NCBI GenBank assembly: GCA_965206645.1
Contig: CBDBKE010000001.1
Span: 1-64,000 of the forward strand
Direction: 5' to 3'
DNA length: 64,000 bases
From: Terriglobia bacterium
Lineage (GTDB): Bacteria > Acidobacteriota > Terriglobia > JAJPHL01 > JAPKYU01
Numbering within the stretch: position 1 is the stretch's first letter; each line of letters begins with the position of its first letter. This document shows positions 61,141-64,000 of this stretch, one piece after another. Made by a program: the position numbers and the translations under genes. The notes under the pieces were generated by a model. It saw only the letters and a program-made list of their open reading frames with translations, made no database searches and was not told the origin of the DNA.

Positions 61141-61602
61141 TTACCCTCGCAGAAGCAACCAGGCCAGAATGCCTGAGACGACCAGCCAGGCCACGTAGTT
61201 CGGTGCGGTTACCAGGAAATCAGGAATCCGCTTGCCGCGAACGCGCACCACCATCGCCCGGGGCGTTAAGTTAAACCAGGTAATGGTGTGAAACAGCACG
61301 AAGAAGAAGCTGAGCACGTGCAGCGCCAGCAGCACGGGCGACTGCAAGCAGACCTGGAAGTTTGCGTAAGCTTCCCGCCCCTGGCTCAAGGCACGGATTT
61401 GTAGCAGGGTCATCACGACGAAAAACGCAACAAAGACGCTGCTGATTTCGCGGAGCATGAATGTGAAGAAAGACCATTGCCCTAGCCACCAAAACGTGGG
61501 GAGGCGCTTTCGATACCAGCGGGGCTGGTATTCCGAGTACGGAACACCAGGAGCTTCACCGTGTTGCTTGCCGGAGGCGACGGGTTGGTGGGCTTCGCTC
61601 AT
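61141..61602 (-). CDS. frdC: Fumarate reductase subunit C
   Basis: WW...[15 protein letters not shown]. Confidence 0.85.
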   Translation of the reverse strand: MSEAHQPVASGKQHGEAPGVPYSEYQPRWYRKRLPTFWWLGQWSFFTFMLREISSVFVAFFVVMTLLQIRALSQGREAYANFQVCLQSPVLLALHVLSFFFVLFHTITWFNLTPRAMVVRVRGKRIPDFLVTAPNYVAWLVVSGILAWLLLRG

Positions 61603-62378
61603 CGTTTTTCTGTGTCCCCGGCTCCTGTGTCCTCGGCTTTCGCGCTCCAGGGCATCAGAAAGGATTTAAACCAGTCCTTGGCTACCGCCAATTTGTATTG
61701 CTGAATCGCTCCGGCTGGATCCACATTCTTCGGACACACCTTGGTGCACTCGCCAACAAACGTGCAGGCCCAGATGCCATCATGGTCGGAAAGAATCTGG
61801 AGGCGCTCGGCGGTGCCTTGGTCCCGGTTGTCCAGGTTATAGCGCTGCGCCAGAGCAAGAGCCGCCGGTCCAACAAAGATGGGGTCCAGCCCGTAGACCG
61901 GGCAGGCAGCGTAGCAGAGCATGCAATTGATGCACATGCTGAACTGCTTGTAGGTTTCCAGCTCGGCCGGGGTCTGCAGGTATTCTCCTTCCGAAAGGGG
62001 CTTCTCCTGTTCGCGGACGATCCATGGCTTGACCTTCGTCAGCTTGGTCATGAACTCCGACATTTCACTGACTAAATCCCGCGCAACCGGAAAATAGCGA
62101 AGCGGCTCCACCCGTATCGGCCCGGGCGTGTACTGCGTCAGGAAGGTAGCGCAAGTCAGCTTCGGCTCCCCGTTCACCATCATCCCGCAACTGCCGCAAA
62201 TCCCCATGTGGCAGGACCAGCGGAAGGCGAGTGAGCCGTCCAGACGGTCCTTGATGTGGTTCAGGGCATCCAGGACCACCCAATCCTTATGCAGGGGCAC
62301 TGTGTAGCTTTGCAAAGAAGGTTCCCGGTCCCGTTCGGGGGAATACCGGGTCACCTCCAGGGTAATCGTCTCCGCCAT
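61599..62378 (-). CDS. frdB: Fumarate reductase/succinate dehydrogenase iron-sulfur subunit
   Basis: [36 protein letters not shown]. Confidence 0.93.
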   Translation of the reverse strand: MAETITLEVTRYSPERDREPSLQSYTVPLHKDWVVLDALNHIKDRLDGSLAFRWSCHMGICGSCGMMVNGEPKLTCATFLTQYTPGPIRVEPLRYFPVARDLVSEMSEFMTKLTKVKPWIVREQEKPLSEGEYLQTPAELETYKQFSMCINCMLCYAACPVYGLDPIFVGPAALALAQRYNLDNRDQGTAERLQILSDHDGIWACTFVGECTKVCPKNVDPAGAIQQYKLAVAKDWFKSFLMPWSAKAEDTGAGDTEKR

Positions 62379-62411
62379 GTTTATTCGCCTTCCTGGCGTT
62401 GGTTTTTAGCG

Positions 62412-64000
62412 TTAGTTTTTAGCGTTGTTCTTATCTGCGGCCTGCCGGAGCATCTGCTCGCGCCGGGCTTTGAACTCCGTTCCCGGCTTCCATTCCGGGT
62501 ACTTGTTTCCCTGCGCCAGGCTGTAGCCGACCTGGAAAAAGAGTTGGAGGTCTTCGATGGCGCCTGACAGGTCCCAATCCGGCTTCACTTCATCAGAAAC
62601 CTTGTGATAGTCGCGCTTGGTGTATTCCTTCCGTTTTTGTGCTCCGTACCCCTCCGGCTTGCCGATGAATTCGGTGCCCGAGTCCGGACTCAGGGCTGGC
62701 ACGCCCTGCTTGGCGAACTCGAAGTGATCCGAGCGATAGAAGTACCCCTTCTCCGGTTCTGCATCTGGCTTGACCGTGCGCCCCTGTGTCGCGGCGGCAT
62801 CGCGCAGCAGGTCGTCCAGCGTCGTGTTGCCATAGCCGATGCTGACGATGTCCCGGGTCCGTCCCCACTGGTTCATGCCGTCCATATTGATGTTGGCGAG
62901 CGTCCGGTGGAGCGGGTAGAGCGGGTTATGAGCGTAGAACTTGGTGCCCAGCAGGCCCTGCTCTTCCGCGGTCACCGCAAGAAACAAGATGGAGCGCTTC
63001 GGCGGTACCGCAAGCTTCGTGAACGCCTCAGCGATCTCGAGCAGCCCCGCAGTGCCGGAGGCGTTATCCAGCGCGCCGTTGAAAATCTGGTCGCCCTGCC
63101 GTTTCTCATCCCGCCCCAGGTGGTCCCAGTGCGCGGTGTAAATCACGTACTCGTCTTTGAGTTGCGGGTCGGATCCTTCCAGCTTGGCGATGACGTTGCG
63201 CGACTCAATCTCGCGAAGCCGGTTCTGGACGTGAAAGCTGGCGCGGGCCTTGAGCGGAACGGGCTGAAAGTCCCGGCTCAATGCGGCCTTCTTCAGGGCA
63301 TCAAAGTCCAGACCGCTGGCGGCGAGCAGTCGCTTGGCCTGGCGCAGGTGGATCCAGGCTTCTACGGCGACCCAGTCCAGATTCTTGCCCGGGGTTTTGA
63401 TATCGAAGTTTTCGCCTCCCCAGCTACTGGAGACCACCTCGTAGGGATAGCCGGCAGGACCAGTCTCGTGAATGATGAGGGCGGCGGCCGCGCCTTTCTT
63501 GGACGCAATCTCGTACTTATAGGTCCAGCGCCCGTAGTAGGTCATCGCCCGGCCTTTAAAGATGTTGTCGTCGAGCCGGCCAGGGTCGCGCGGGTCCGGA
63601 ACCGCGGGATCGTTGATCAGGATCAGAAGTGTTTTACCCTTGACGTCCACGCCCTTGTAGTCGTCCCAATCATACTCCGGCGCCACCACTCCGTAGCCGA
63701 CAAAGACGATCTCGGAGTCCTCAACCTTCACCTGCGGCACGAACCGGCGGGTGACCGCGACATAATCATCCGGAAAGCGCAGATTCAGCTTCTTGCCGCC
63801 GACGGCAAACGAAGCCGTGGATTTGGCAGTGAGGCCGACCAGCGGCACCCGCTGCTCGAAGGTGCCATCGGGGTTGCCCGGTTGGAGGCCGAGCTGCTGG
63901 AACTGGTGGGAGAGATAGCTCACCGTCAGCTCTTCCCCCTTGCTGCCCGGCGCGCGCCCTTCGTATTCGTCCGAGGCCATCACACGGATGTGCCGAAGCA
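62412..64000 (-). CDS. M28 family metallopeptidase with PA domain (5'-partial, runs off the window)
   Basis: [48 protein letters not shown]. Confidence 0.92.
   Translation of the reverse strand, partial: LRHIRVMASDEYEGRAPGSKGEELTVSYLSHQFQQLGLQPGNPDGTFEQRVPLVGLTAKSTASFAVGGKKLNLRFPDDYVAVTRRFVPQVKVEDSEIVFVGYGVVAPEYDWDDYKGVDVKGKTLLILINDPAVPDPRDPGRLDDNIFKGRAMTYYGRWTYKYEIASKKGAAAALIIHETGPAGYPYEVVSSSWGGENFDIKTPGKNLDWVAVEAWIHLRQAKRLLAASGLDFDALKKAALSRDFQPVPLKARASFHVQNRLREIESRNVIAKLEGSDPQLKDEYVIYTAHWDHLGRDEKRQGDQIFNGALDNASGTAGLLEIAEAFTKLAVPPKRSILFLAVTAEEQGLLGTKFYAHNPLYPLHRTLANINMDGMNQWGRTRDIVSIGYGNTTLDDLLRDAAATQGRTVKPDAEPEKGYFYRSDHFEFAKQGVPALSPDSGTEFIGKPEGYGAQKRKEYTKRDYHKVSDEVKPDWDLSGAIEDLQLFFQVGYSLAQGNKYPEWKPGTEFKARREQMLRQAADKNNAKN

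Noticed and set aside
1-64000. tRNA (including tRNA-Sec), rRNA, selA/selB/selD
   Set aside because: None recognised by eye; the Sec machinery needed for the UxxU hypothesis must lie outside this window and remains unverified.

Overview
The window appears to be three unrelated sequence segments joined end to end. Segment A (1 to ~12,997) is Chloroflexota/Dehalococcoidia-like and indel-rich, and holds hemD, hemB, ogt, dnaE, a crotonase, a DUF5679 mini-protein and a GT39-PA14 protein. Segment B (~12,998-14,113) is a short piece with a 5'-truncated DUF1501 gene. Segment C (~14,114-64,000) is Acidobacteriota-like. It carries selenoneine genes (senA and senB, convergent, with a transglutaminase-like gene between them), a run of exported catabolic enzymes (Tat-LarA homolog, CehA/McbA hydrolase, PQQ dehydrogenase plus diheme cytochrome c), an IS3 element beside a decayed polysaccharide locus with a RelBE-type TA pair, gmhA, tonB, a FAAL, queE/queC and frdBCD. 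The most striking signal is missed by the ORF track: a secreted heavy-metal-associated (HMA) protein at 55943-56476. Both Cys codons of its GMTCxxC motif are in-frame TGA (GMT-U-N-F-U), and two tandem hairpins follow, making it a candidate double-selenocysteine (UxxU) metal-binding protein. It sits in a four-gene cassette (leaderless Cys-rich leader ORF, putative beta-barrel 'transporter', UxxU-HMA, TlpA-like lipoprotein) bracketed by a ~235-bp duplication of the queE 5' end. All family assignments come from motif recognition by eye; no database searches were run.
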